DNA of 64,000 nucleotides, taken from positions 72,108,001 through 72,172,000 of the forward strand of contig NC_045696.1 of the NCBI RefSeq assembly GCF_009834535.1, read 5' to 3'. The notes under the pieces are model-generated. The model was given only the letters and a program-made list of their open reading frames with translations, made no database searches and was not told where the DNA came from. Each line of letters begins with the position of its first letter. Positions within the stretch are counted from its first letter, which is position 1. Below are positions 12,525 through 26,300 of the stretch, piece after piece. The DNA comes from Camelus ferus. Its lineage: Eukaryota. The translations under genes and the position numbers were made by a program.

Positions 12525-15500
12525 CTAAAGTAACAATAAAAGAAAAGTTTGGCTCACCAGGACCTATGTTTTAATTCAGAAAAAAATTTACTCTAAAACT
12601 TAGGACCAAAATGCAATTTGAGTATTAAAAAATAATCACTGACTGATTCACTTTTAAATGTTAAAGTTGCATTTTTAAATGCTAGCAGTGAATGACCAAA
12701 CATTCTATTTATATTATACAAAAACTTGGGAAAAGTAATGCTCTAGTTATCATATGAAATTATTAGCCACAATTCAGACATTCATTAGCATTAAAACAAC
12801 TTCTATAGATAGTAAAGCATGAGACAATTTTAAAATCTTAACAATTCAATAAGAAACAAGTATGTTATTAAGAGTTATGCACATTCAGTTTTACTGAAAA
12901 GCAACTAGGCTGTATTTTGACATTACAGAAGCAAACAAAATCACTTACCAAAAGCTTTGGAATGGAACAGTAGTATGTTCATATTACACTATTATTTCTT
13001 TTCAGTTATAAATTCTAAGGTTTTAGCATAATCAGCTTGAATGAAGTAAATGTTTTAATTCAACAGGTATCAAAGACACCTGTAAGTCACTAGGGTTTCC
13101 ACTTAACTAAGAACAAATGATCCTCTACTGGTCTGGAAAAAGTTAACTACTGTCTTGTCTGAATGTTAAGGCCCATAAGCAATTCATTATACAATATTTT
13201 ATTTGCAGCTGTATGAATTTCAGCCAAAGTAACTGAAGACTAAAAACAGCCTGTCATGCTTAAAATAGCTTAACCTATTCAAAGGACAGTATTAGGGTTA
13301 CCAAGTCAAAGGTGGCTTTTTTTTTTTTTAGAAGACTAAAAGCACTTAACAATACATACATTTTATGTAACGTTCCCCATCTTTCTTTAAATAAAGATGT
13401 TAGAGGATGAGAGTAGCATTTAAAACAGCCTACATTCACTTTTATCAAAAACCTGTTTCCTAGAGACTGTAAAGTTTGTATGTAATTCAAGTTTAAATCG
13501 GTTTAAGTGAGCACAGTCACAATGAAGTTTGGAACCTAGAAACTTTACAAAGTTAGCTAAGAGGAAGACAAACAAGCAGAAACCATACCAGAGGTTTACA
13601 GGTTCTCTAATAATTTTACCAGTTTCCAAAAATCTTAAACAATATCTACCTTAGTTTAAGAAGGGCTTGTTCAATACCATCTCTCTAGCACCTAGAACTG
13701 TGCCTGGTACATAGTAGGCACTCAGTATTCGTAAACTAAATGAATGAAATGAGACTATGAACATTTCTTAGGGTTAAGTATTTATGCAAGGAAAAGTATG
13801 TTCAGAAACACACAACAAAACATAACTATAAATACACTAACTATCTGGAGTCAATTTTCCACTCCTCAACTGTCAATATTTATGTTATTTTTTCCTCTTT
13901 TCCAACCATTGCTTATGTAGAAGAATCTCATTAGGTAAAGTTTCTTTCATTTTTGATTTTTTCAAAGTGCACATGTGCATTCATATTGTTAAATATAATA
14001 ATTGACAGAAATATTAAACACCTGAACTACATGTGAACTAATAATTCTTACCTATTTAAAAGATAGTTTTGATTAAGATAAAGTAACTGTTGGTAAAATA
14101 CATTAAAAAAAAAAAAACATTTATTGCTGAAGTATAGCCCTTTAGCATACAACATGGCATATCCCCTACATAATACCATGATGCTACCTTTGAAACTGAG
14201 CTTGCAATATGGCATAACCCCTTGACAACATCAATTGATAAAATATAAGTAGAATTTCTGTGCCTAGATGGTAAAACTTCATCAGTAATTTGTCATATGA
14301 AAGCATTAGCTATATTTCTCACATGATACCCATTATCTCTTATGTTTAATGTTAATGGAATAAATATTCAAGGGATTCTACATCATGTAATAGTGGTATT
14401 AGCCTTGTCTTACCTTTTAAATTAGACATGAAAGAGAAATGTAGAATAGGAGCTGCTCCAAAATCAAAACAGAAATGCCTAACATATTCCACTAATACTA
14501 TTATATGTAAAAAACAAAAACAAAATTCAACATATCAAAAATGGCCTTTTCAAAGTTTAAATATAATGTTAATGAACTGATGGCAATTTTCATATAGCCC
14601 TTTGAAAAGCACTGAGTGGTTTTGCATACTGTATGATTTTATCCACTAAAAAAAGAAAAAAGAAAGAACAAAAGAACAAATCTCAAAAGACTTTTTAGAT
14701 GATTCATTTGAAGAAAACAGGGAGGTCACGACAGTAGTAACCAATAATATAACCTAAACAATTTTAAGTGAAAAGAAGTGCAGATGAGAACAGACACCTT
14801 CAGTAGAACATGCAGAAATAAATCCTATAATTCCTGGGGCAGGTTCAAAAGGAATAATGTGGCATAAAAATGACTATGCAAATAATATTTGCATAATAAT
14901 AATAAATAGGAATATACTTAAAGCAGAAAAATATTTTGGGCTCACTGAAAATTATTTCTAGTCTTTTTTTTTTAATAGGGAAGATTTATATCGTAACTAA
15001 AGAGAACTTCTTGTTGAAAAAGATATTTTAAAAATTCTCTAAAAGTTCTATAGTAGTCTCTTAATCTAACTCTCACCTTAGTTCTGTGCAGTGAAGCTTT
15101 CTTAATAAGTAAAAGAATGTTGTAAATTAGATCCTTGTGAACTTCCTTTGGGAAGTTCACTGGCCTGGGTACATGACAGAACTGCTTTTCTGTAACACAT
15201 TTTATAATACTATTGTCTAAGTCATAACATATAAGTCCCAATAAATTTAGCTGCTCATGGCAATTCTTATATATGCAATAAAATTACTATAAAATGATGA
15301 CAACATTATGGAAATATTTTTGATTACATTATAATCAACAAATGGAGGCTGAAACCATAGAAGTTATATTGACATAAGGATGCTCTTTATAAATGCAAGT
15401 GTATGGTAAAGAAATGGCCATAAATAAAGGCAAAGTGGGAACTAACTAGTTCACCAGTAAAAGTTACCTGTACTCCATTATACATGAATGATACCATTCT

Positions 15501-17270
15501 TATCATTTTAAAAACATAAAGCCAACCAAGTATTAAAAATTTTTTTTATCAATAGATAAGAGAATAGTGTCTCCTCTACCCTTTATTCCTCTGGAGTCTT
15601 TCTTTCCAACATTTTCCAAGCGATGGAACATGTAGAAAATGATACTATTTACATGGCACACTGTGGACAATCGAAATCACCATCTATCCTTGCTCATCTG
15701 TAACCCTTCATGCACACCAGAGCCCTGCTGCTCTGATTTGTGGACTTTAATATCATCACCTAACGTACACCGAAGTATGAAAAAAGTTACTTCTATTCCT
15801 TAATATTTCCTAAATAATAATGTCTCTTGGATAACCACATAAAGAACTGAATCAATTTCATTTTTAAATACAGTTTAAGTAGTATTTACCAAAAGATGGT
15901 ATTTTTTTGTTATAATCCACAAAAGCAAATCTAGTTCAAGAAACACATTTGGGAGGGGATAGAAATGTTAAGATTCTTCTAAACCATAATTTAAAGAGCC
16001 TGTTCTAACTTACAAACTTTTAATTAGACCACAAATGCCAAGTAAAAACTTAAAAATCATAACTCATTTTAAAACATCATTACATAGATAAAAAGATATA
16101 GGAGAGCAGAAATGCAGCCTTATATGTTTATAAATACCTCAAAGTCTCAAATGACTGAGTAGTAAATACGCACGAAGAATAAGAAAAGCAAAAATCTTCT
16201 GATTTTACTATTATGTGTAGATTATTTTATAAATACAAAAAAGCAAAAAAATGCAGGAAATAAAACAACAGTATAGGTATAATCAAAAAAAGAAAGTTAT
16301 AAATACCAACCAAGAGTACCATATACACACTCCTATATTCACATTTGAGAAAGACTGTAAAGCAAAATTTTTGTTCATTAGATGAAACGTCTCTTCAAAG
16401 GTGCTTTTTCTTCCTCTGTTAGTGAAAGAACCCTCTACCCTAAAGCCACACAGTGAAATACCATCAAAGAGTGCTAATAAATGGCACACTTTCTGCTTCA
16501 GCTGATAAAACCAGCTGCTGATTTATTAGGTATCTAGAGATGCAGGTTCATCCTGTTGCAGTTTACAGGATACTCAACTGCAGCAAAGGCTACTTAGAGA
16601 AATTTCACACCTGCTGACATGGGTTGGACTACATCTTCCGATTACTCGTTCCAGCATTCTTCCAATAGACGCGCACGCTGTTTCTCCTTCTGAGAAACAG
16701 CACATGGAGTCCAAGCACTTGATACTTGAATTTGTTTCAGTAAGCTGGAGGAGTTGAAGCAGAAAAATATTATTTATAGGTTTGGAATTCCAGAAAGCAT
16801 TAAAAAAATTACAACAAGCACTTTAAAAATCAAAAGTAATGTATATAAATACATGTTTTCTACAATATGGAAGGCTTTAATTAAGAATAATCATACAAAA
16901 ATATTTAAAAGACACTGTGTCCAAAATTAGAGGCTGACTGAAATAATTATATGAAAACAAATAGCTGAGTATTATATAAATCTGCAAAGATTTTGGATTT
17001 TAATATCTTAATAATATATTATGGTCAAAATGATTTACATCAATCACTTAGAACTTAATAAATTCTATTTTTTCTTTAAGCTTTTGTTTAGGTTAAATGC
17101 TCCTGCAATTTCAATTAAAAATACCTAGCAATTGAGAAAAGTAGATTGTAAGTTATTTTGAAGACTAGAAATAACCAGGCAGGACCACCTATCTCTAATC
17201 TTCAACAATAACAACAACAATAGTAGCAAACACCTTATGTAGTGTTTACCATATGCCAGGTTTTAAATAC

Positions 17271-17312
<42 letters not shown>

Positions 17313-20300
17313 TACATACACACACTCCATACATTATCCTTGAAAAAAGCATCATTTGCCTTAAATTGCTAAGAAACTATTAAGTGCTAACCATTCCCAT
17401 AAGCTCATCTTGCTTTTAAAAAATTAACTGATTGTACATTATTAAAATCTATTAAAGTAGTGACTAAGTGACCAGATTAATTTCTGTAAGTATGCAAGAC
17501 GTACACTGATTCAGGCATAAATAACCTGGCAAGATAACATAAAGCTATAGTACTACTAATTTTAATCCTGTTAAAATAGGGGGAAAAAATGGTATGACCA
17601 CATAGCCCAATGAATCCCAACCCTGGTTTTGACACAGTCAAGGATACTCCTAAATTTCTCAAGGATTATCATTTTAAACAAACTTACTTTCATTCACTTT
17701 CCTTTACATATATAACATATTGCATAACAAATCTTTGAAAGTATGGAGGAAGGAGAACAACAAATACAGATTTTAGAGTGCTGCAATTCAAAGGTTGGGA
17801 ATCACCAAGTGTCAAGTGTAAGCATGGCAACAGCGGACATTTGTGGAGACACTCACAATGGACAGAAGAGACGGATGTGATGAGACATAAGTAACCTGGC
17901 ATTCTGAACCTAAGCAACTGGTGAGGTCCTGCAAAATTCCTGCATGGAGTAATTCTGCCAAAATCATGAAGTGCAAGACAATGCGGTTCCTATTTGGCAA
18001 CGAACTGATTGCACCTTATGTCCTAGGATCTGCTAAGCACTGAGAAATAGCCAAATTTTACTTGTGCTCTCATTATAATACTCTGGGTTTATGACTGTTT
18101 GCATTACTGTTTTTTTAAACTGTGTTTATGAGATATTTACAGATGTTGCATAAAAAAAGTTCTATGGCTAACTTTGAGAAATACTAGTTCAACGAAGGTC
18201 TACAAAGACTTCTTGAGTAAAGGACTGTCAATAATCAGGATGTATGGAAGTCTTCAGGGGGAGAGCTAGACAGTGCAATTCTCAAATTTGTTTTTTTGGT
18301 ACACTCCCCTTCCTTCCATTCCCCCAGGGAACATTACTCAACACCACAAGGAATGTCAATATTCAGAGGGATAGTTTAGGAAATGCTGGTTTAGGTAACA
18401 GGATTTCACCAATTTCCCAGTTTTCTCCTTGGGTCACTAGGCTCCAGCTTCCTTTATCTCAAAAATCATCCTCTGTAGGAAGCGGGACTTTAGAGCTCCC
18501 ACATGCTCAAAGGAGAAAGTACACCACCACAAGGTGGCCTTTAAAGCCCCTTTATAACCTGACCTCAGGCTGCCTTTCTTATTCTAAACGCTCCTAAGTA
18601 GTCTCCACACAGCCAACCAGGCAGTGTTCCCTGCCTGTGGGCACTGTCACCAATAAGGGGCAGAATGCTGACCCACAACATCAAGTTCAATTTAAATACC
18701 ATCATCTCTATAAAACTTCTCTTACCTCTCCAGCTGTCAGTAATCTCTCTCTGAATTCTATTCTACTGCTTGTTTGTATCATTTAAATGACAGAAGCACT
18801 TACATTCAACTGATGTTTATTGAGCAAGGCTGGTTTCTACTGGGACAGCAACCCTGCCTTTAATCTAGTGAGTTAAGGATAAAGGATGGGAGATAAGTTA
18901 GGAATAAATAATAATGGCAGTTATATTAATGGAATGCTTACTACACATGTGCCAGTTACAATGTAAGATGCTCCGCATAGGTTATCTAATTTCTAACCAC
19001 CTTTTGGGATACACACCATACTCATGCATATTTTACAGATAAGGAAACAGAGAAGTTAAAAACATGTTCAAGCTCATCCAGTTAGGGCTTTAAGTCTTGG
19101 TTTTTTTGATTCCAGAGCCCAGACCTCTTTACCATGCCATTATACTGCCTTTTTATAATTATGGGAAGAGGCAGACTTCGAATATCAAAAAAGAGAAGGG
19201 AAAGCTCAAACCCAGCTGTTGTCGATATTGGTGGGAGGGCATGAGATATCTGATGAGAAAAATAGCATCTAAAATACATACTGAACACTAGATGGGATTT
19301 CAATAGCTGGAGATAGAGGAGAGAGCATTTTAGGCTAAGCAAAGAGAATGAGTAACTGTGGATGGGCAGAAAAGCATGTTGTGTATTCAGCACACGTTTA
19401 GCCTAAGTGTGAGAGAGAGTAGTTACTCCTACTCCCTTGCAAAAAGACCAATGCGACTCACAGTATGATCCCTGGATCAGTGTTGTTCCGAAGACACTGT
19501 TACTGGCCCATGAGGAGACAAGTATCTGGTCTGTGAGTTTAAGAGATTAGAAAATTTTATGGCAATTTGACAGAATACTTTTGTAACTGTTGAATCTAAT
19601 AATAATTTTAAAATTAGGGTTTATTTTATGTATCTTTTAAATTTCATTTCCTAATAATTTTTACTTGTATTTTACAAAAGCATTGGTCCATGGTGAACTG
19701 GAACTAAAAAACAACAAAACCAGAAAACAACAAACTGGTCCTTCACCACATTCATCTGGGGAGCACTGAACTAGACCAGAAAGAGCTAGGAATTTGTCTG
19801 GTACTTCTTAGTTCAATGTGTGCTTTGCACTGGTACTAAACCAACTGACAGGGATTCACTAAAGATGACATCCATAAAATCAGCAGCATTTGAGTGTCCA
19901 CAGATGTGCAGAACATTGCTTAGGTCTGGACCTGAAATTAGGTAATTACCTTGCTTTGCATTCATCACCTTTCACTTTAAAATCTAAGGACAGGTATTAA
20001 ACTATGGGCAACTTAACACTGAGAGTAAACATCTTGAAATATCAAGAATATTATAAAGAACTGACTTCTTCAGATCACTTTTTGAACTAAGCAAAATACA
20101 CTTCCTTTATTTCCCTAAGGAGGAAAAAACCCCATCTGCTTTGAAAATGCTGAATTCTGTTTAACTGTTTCTGTAAATCTATCTATAAAGAGTTCTCTAG
20201 CAAATCTCCAAGCTCCACCACTTTCCCATATACCCATCTTTGATCTCATATTTAGAACTAAGACCCCAGCCACAGTACATGTAGTCATAGCTTCTAGTAG

Positions 20301-23300
20301 AAGTGGGGGTGGAGCATTCAGATCTCATTTCATTTAATCTAAGGAAAGGGAGTCGTTATCTTTTCTTTTTTAAAGACAACTTATAAATACTTAGAAAAAC
20401 AATACTAGAAAGAAAAAATAAAGTGAGACCCTACCTGGAAGCACCAAAAAGTAACTTCTGATTAATTAGAAATGTTGACTTACTGGTAAGACTCACTTTC
20501 TACCACACTTACTTCTCAGGAACAACCACGTAATTTAGAACTAAAAGGGCTGCCAAGCAAAACAACTATGAAGATTCAACATGACTGTGTACAGCTAATA
20601 AAAAATTTTCATCTTTACAGAACTTGCATTTTGAAATAAATTCTGGTTCACTGCTCTTACTATTTTCATATTGATGATGGTAAACATTTAGAAGTTTCTC
20701 CTGTTGCTTCTACAAAAATCTTCCATAAATCTTTTTTTTTTAAGAGCTAAGACTTTATTTATTTTGCTTTTTTGGGGGGGGGGAGGGTGTAGTTAGGTTT
20801 ATTTATTTTTAATGGAGGTACTGGGAATTGAACCCAGGGCCTCATGCAAGCTAAGTGTGTGCTCCACCACTAAGCTATATACTCCACCCTCTTCCCCATA
20901 AATCTTCTTAGTGTTAGAAAACTGTCATACATTTCTACTTTTTAAAGTCATTCTTACGGCATTTTACCTATCAAATAAAGCTTCTTTAAGTTTAGATAAG
21001 AATTATCGAACTATTTTAAACCATATTTTTCTTTTGCACTTAAAACTGTTTTATATACTTGATAATCAAAGTGAGCACCTTGCTCAGCCTTAAAGAGATA
21101 TTTGGAAATAAGTCTTAAACTATAATTATGAGGGGAAAAAAGGTTTGTGTTTAAGGAAATATCTTTCTTTTTAATGTGAGATCAATAGTCATCAAATATT
21201 ACTGATTTTCAAATTTGGTTAATAACAAAAACCCTAAAACAAGCAATATCTTCATGTCATTATTCAGAACTGGAAGAGGTAGCTGTTTAGTGATGGCATT
21301 TAAATAACTGCTTCTCTTACCCAAGGCCTGTTTCTCCAAAACATGCCTCAAACTCACATTTACTGCCCTAGACTCCCTTCCCTCTTTACTTCTCCCCAAG
21401 TAAAATAAGCAATTTTGAAAGACAGTCATAATAAATAAAATACCTCTATACTGTCTTTTAGGGATTTCCAGAGAGAAGATTTCTGTACATGCTGCCTAAA
21501 TTTAAGTATGAAAATAAGCATATAATATGAATTATATTAAAGCTTATTTTAATAAACTGGGCTTATTCTTTGTTTCAAAAAGACTGAAGCCCCTTTATTT
21601 TTATGTGGTTACATAAATAAAAACATATGACTAGGAACTTATAGTTTAGGTAAATGAGAGTATGAGTATCTGTGAAAAACAAAATCCCCAATTTTAACTG
21701 AGAGGGTAAATCAGACTAGCAATAATTAATTAACTAATCACAGCTGATATTAAGAAATCAGTTTTCTAAGTATCGATCATTCACAGCATGTCACAGGATA
21801 ATTGTTAGGAATAAAGTCAATACTAGTATTTTCTTCCTTTTGACCTCCAGATGAAAACATTTAAGTCAGCATGGATTTGAAAATAACATAGTTTTGTAAA
21901 GTGTCATACTTACCAGATATGCATTCTGCCACTAATGGCAGCCTTATTATTATCAATTTATTAAATGTTTGATTCTATCTGTTTATAGAATTTCATTCAT
22001 TCAGAAAAGTGTAGCTTTTGGTGGCAAATAACTGAATACAGGCCATTAAGGTTTTCTGTTCCTTTTGTAGTTCAATGCTTTGTTAAATGAGGCAATAGCT
22101 GTAAGTATCTTTGTCACACAAGGAGAGGTAGGTGACCTATAGTTGATTGAAATGGCTTCAAATGTTTTTTGTTGGTGGTGGTGGTAGATTTCAGGTCTGG
22201 GGCCTAAGCACCTTGATCCATAATGAGAAAGGTCAGTAGCCCTAGCATCCTGTTGGTATCACTACAGTTGCTAAGTACAGCTGCAAAGAGGGCATCCAGA
22301 GCAGGGCCAGGAATCCAGAGGGAAAAAAATGACTGAACAATGGAGGCCAAAGAAGCAGGCGCCAGTAGAGGGAGATGACTAGAAGAGCCTAGCCCATGGC
22401 CACAGCTAGGGCTCAGCGTAATAGTCCCCCGATTTTGGCAAGGCTGATCAAATTTTGACTAGAGAAACTACTGCTGCCACTTCAGTACAGAAAATATAGA
22501 AGATATTATTTAACACATTTTAAAAAAGTGATTTTTATCTCAAACTATATGCCAAAGGCAGAAATATATGAGAAGAGAAATATTCAAGACATATTTCACT
22601 GAACCACTTAAAATTCAGTGATAAGCAGGAAAAAACCTGCAGATCAGGGTAACATCCCCCAGCAATTCTACTAAAATCATATTTTCAGTCTGAGAGTTCT
22701 TCTGCTTTCTTGTTTATAGAAAGACCATATGTCACAGGATGGTAAGAAAATTCACTTACCAATCCTTTGTAAAAGTAAGCATAACAAGGCCCCTACTATT
22801 TAATAGGAACATTCTAAGAACCCAATTCTCAACTGTACTATACATTTTAATCAACATATTAAAGTAGCACCAGATCCCTGTTTTATGAAATATTCACTTG
22901 AACCTTTGGGGAATTTTTATTGCAAAGGACATAATTTCACATTATTAGTAGAGTCAGGTCCCAAGTGGATTATCTGCTTTGTGGATTAACCAGGACATAA
23001 TATAAATCCTGGCCAGCTACCCCTCTTTACCCAGTGAGCTTTTCAGCTCAATTTTCCTTGCAGCCCAATAAGGGCATGTTTCAAAAACTAAAAATCTGTC
23101 TATATTTATCAAAGCAAAATGTAAGATAAATATATTGTAAAGATAATCATATGAAGTAACTCAAAACAAAGTAAGAATTCAGATTCCTTTGAATTTCTTT
23201 TCAATTAGTAGTAATGCTGATTAACTTTCAACATTTTCCATTTTGGGCAATATTTTAAATTAGATTCCTATAGTATTAATTAACATAATAATTCACATTT

Positions 23301-26300
23301 TTTCAAACTATTGCATCTGTTCCATTGTCTGATTTATAGCAGAGTTAAGGGATTTATAATCTTCAAGTAGTTTTGTTTTAAAGTTTCACCATTTATGAGG
23401 GTTTACCCCAGATGAAACAGCAACACCTTCTTGACCAGTAATTATAATACACAAAATGGCAAATAGTCCAAGTAAAAATATAACTATTAGTGGTAAGAAT
23501 TTTTATCCTCCATAATCACTACCAATTAAAATATTTTGTATATCCCAACTAGGTCTAGAAATGGTTGTTAGGGTTTAATTCTCAAGAGGGGAGTGAATCA
23601 AGTCCTTATCAATTCATACTTTCTCATTACAAAGATGTAACTGTGAAAGTTTATGAAAAATAAGAACTGAGAGTTCAGTGAATTATCAGTCAACAGGGAA
23701 TTATTCAGTAACAGGTCCAAGCACCCCTACATTTGACCATTCAATTCAAGAGGTAGACTTAGATAAGTAATTCACTGTCTAACTATATTAACATATATAA
23801 AATGATATAAAACTATCAAGTAGGAAAACTGATTTCAGAAATAATAAATAGCACAACATATTTTGAAAAGTGAAAAAGAATAATTTCTTGAATGTAGGGC
23901 CACAGGTTTTGAGAATACCTTACTAGGTTAGAACCTGAGGTGATGTAAGATTTAACACTCTAACTCCAAAGGAAGACTAATGAAATATTCAGGTATGGAC
24001 ATATAAAAAAGTGTAAAGATCACAAAAAGGGAAAACAGGTAAACAAAAACAACATGTGAGAAACAGTGAAGGAATTAGTAAAGTAAAAATGGCAATGTCA
24101 GGCCAGTTCTCCCATAGCATGCCCCAAGTTTGAGAACTTAGCGGATATGTCCCCAGGAAGGTCCAGCGCAGTACTACCTAGTGCACGCAAGAACTGTCCT
24201 GCTGGCTGCAAGCCTCAGCTAGCAGGTGCCTACTGTCCTCCCCTCTGTGCTTGCTTTCAGCAAATTCATATGCTGAGCTGACTGAACCCTTATCTTCTTC
24301 CATCTGGAAGGACAGAAAAGCAGTAAGTCTCATATTACAGAACAATACTCTCACTGTATATAAGTTAACAATCAAAACAGCAAGTTGGGGTCCACAATCT
24401 ATAAGGCACAACTGAATGTTCACACAACACCACATTCATTTACTGTCACAAAAGAGAGCTAATAGTAGCTTCTCAAGGAGCGCACAAAATAAAAGCCATG
24501 ATTTTCCAGTGTACAACGTTATGTTAAAACCAGGTTTGTGTTAATAAAACTCAGTGTCTTCTATTAAACAAATTCCTTGTCACCAAGAATTAGGGTTTTT
24601 AGCATAAAGGTGTATCTCATTTCGCTTTTCTCATGCTCCCTTCTCAGAAGGCTTCTCTACTGAAACTGGTCTTCGGCAGAGTAGAAGGGTCAATCACATA
24701 GCCTCACAAATGTTAGACATATAGGTAAGGAGGGGGCTTTACTTGCCTAATTAAACAAATTATTCTAATCCTTAATTTGAAATATATATTTTTAATGAGT
24801 ATTAACTAATTTATACAAATTTCTATTCTTTGCTTTTTCTATATCTGTAAGTATTAGAGACCTTCTGAGGAGTATGTGCCCACAGCTGAAGTAATTTTAA
24901 CCTTTCTTAAATTATTTAAAAAAAAAAAAAAGTCCTCAATAAACAGAAAGTAATTCCCCCCCCCATTTCTATGCATTTTCTCAGCTGCAGGACTGATCAA
25001 TAATTATTTCTATAAATAAATGCTATGATAAATTTCTTACATACATGAAAAATAAAGCAGAAAATTTCTTGGTTTCAAGAGTACAATAAATTTACATAAA
25101 GATAACTTATTATTATAGTTTTGCCTATAACAAAGGAGTATAAAATACTCAAAGTGAGTTTTCTTTTATTTAAAACTGTTATTAGTACTGTGTTAAGGGT
25201 TCTTAAGAAGTGCTAACCTGATTAACAATTTGTAAGTTCTTGAAGATATATGACATATGCACAGTTTTCCTCTCTGTCACAGCACTAAACAAGCTACTGT
25301 GGATCACACCAAGGAATACTGTTCAATGTAGTTCAAAAACAAGATGTACTCCAAATTCATAGGATGCATCAGCAGATGGATGTTTGTGGGCACTCGTTCT
25401 TCACGCAGCTATGAACAAATGCCCACCCAGTGGTCACTAACTGCTCACTTAGGCACTGTTATTTCTGCCTGGCCTTTGGTTGAGCATAGTATTTCTTCTT
25501 TCTGTTTCTCTCTGATGCTGACAGTAAGTAAACAGACCCCAGTGTGTAAAATGATCATCTGACAGGTGAAGAACCTGGAGGTTCAAAGACGTGAACTAAT
25601 TTGGCTAGGACATACAGGCAGCAGTGCCAAGGACAGCACTACATTCATGCCCATGCCCACTGTCTCCACAACAGGGCTCTTCTCCCTTTGTTACACCACC
25701 TGACTGGGGAGTGACTTGCAGTGAAGATTATGTTACTAATGTATCCTGCTCTCATTGTGCTCTTTCACAGGTGAATACTATGAAATATTTACTCACTACT
25801 TAATTACATTATTACAGAATGTGAGATCTCCTTAATTTATGAACTCCTTGCCTGATTCTTTTTTAGTCTATTACTGCTCAAAAAATGTGCTTGATTTAAG
25901 CCACTATATGTGGAATTACGATATAATAAAAAAAATTGAGTTTATTCATAATGCAAGTAATCTTCACTTCACAAAAGTGCTAGCCAGAGTGTTCTTTTAA
26001 ATAATGAGCTCTCCTATTGCCTTAAATAATTAGATGTTTGAAAATGTGATACCCATTGTTTTCAGAAAGGCACATACAGATAAAATGTGATATACATATT
26101 TGGCTCAACAAAAGGTGAAGGCAAATGTTCCAGGTTTGTATTGATTTTAGATCTTGCTTTAAACATAAAATATAGTTGACTACCTCTCAAACACCTATTT
26201 GTATATTCATCTACAATTATTATACCTTTGTAATTCAAAGCACTTCAAAAATCCCAATGTTAATAGGAATAATAAAATTAAAAGGTTTGGTAAAACTTTA

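Noticed and set aside
15550..15780. GC/CpG-richer island in the last intron with a possible TAG acceptor near 15760 and AATAAA at 15582-15587
   Set aside because: Weak pyrimidine tract and immediate stop (AGG TGA) in the incoming phase; cannot support an exon without expression or conservation data
17690..18597. ORFs 17690-17917, 17812-18000 and 18244-18597
   Set aside because: No recognisable homology or compatible splice sites; the last overlaps a MER-like fragment
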